From Candidatus Nomurabacteria bacterium (GTDB lineage: Bacteria > Patescibacteriota > Minisyncoccia > Phycocordibacterales > UBA9973): a stretch of DNA of 47,809 nt. Positions 47,662 through 47,809 of the stretch are shown in pieces. The position numbers and the translations under genes are program-made. The DNA lies in the NCBI GenBank assembly GCA_029288725.1, contig JARIGS010000024.1, forward strand, positions 1-47,809, given 5' to 3'. The notes beneath the pieces are model-generated. The model saw nothing but the letters and a program-made list of their open reading frames with translations. It ran no database searches and was not told where the DNA came from. The stretch's first letter is position 1. Each line of letters starts with the position of its first letter.

Positions 47662-47734
47662 GCCCTTATAGCTCAGTCGGTAGAGCAGCTCCCTTTTAAG
47701 GAGACGGTCCCTGGTTCGAGCCCAGGTAGGCGCA
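47662..47734 (+). tRNA. tRNA-Lys(UUU), CCA not encoded
   Basis: D arm GCTC/GAGC, anticodon loop CT-TTT-AA, T arm CCTGG-TTCGAGC-CCAGG. Confidence 0.92.
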
Positions 47735-47809
47735 CCCCAATCTTCGATGCCTTTCAAAGAAGTGATCTGACTTTAGGTTTGTTCGGTGCCAACAGCGGTA
47801 CGTTAGGTA

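Noticed and set aside
1..47809. CRISPR array, DGR template/variable repeats, rRNA
   Set aside because: No regularly spaced repeats, cas or RT genes, or rRNA-like sequence seen by eye; long diverged repeats cannot be fully excluded without a dot plot
47735..47809. Sequence after the tRNA
   Set aside because: Too short and truncated by the window edge to assign

Overview
Chromosomal, origin-spanning fragment of a small-genome bacterium, most likely Patescibacteria/CPR (Parcubacteria-like). This is inferred from gene content: short YidC, a PrgI/split-VirB4/pilin cluster, short PolA and a lack of SD sequences. Contents in order: 3' end of comM, a DUF4258/DUF2283 toxin-antitoxin-like pair, M23 peptidase, uvrD and rsmA; a ~15 kb co-oriented divergent T4SS-like/surface-protein locus (VirB6-like giant protein, PrgI, VirB4, pilin-NlpC/P60 fusion); yidC-yidD-rnpA-rpmH / dnaA-oriC-dnaN-(dciA-like); a class A PBP, tyrS, a methyltransferase, a SET-domain protein and ruvBC; a RAYT HUH transposase with REP-like palindromes; pilB; an island of exported proteins with Bacteroidota-like sorting signals; tsaE-polA-holA; a Zur-like regulator with its box, a ZIP transporter and dsbB/thioredoxin; a SpoU methylase; and tRNA-Lys(UUU). 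The most notable unannotated signals are: (i) a ~190-nt structured ncRNA candidate with a consensus promoter (6S-like fold) between ruvB and the RAYT; (ii) Bacteroidota-style lipoprotein/secreted-protein cassettes under host-genome-type promoters; (iii) pervasive leaderless-type promoter architecture; (iv) a 41-nt dispersed palindrome family with compensatory changes; and (v) small ORFs missed by the ORF track. All calls come from reading the sequence; no database searches were run.
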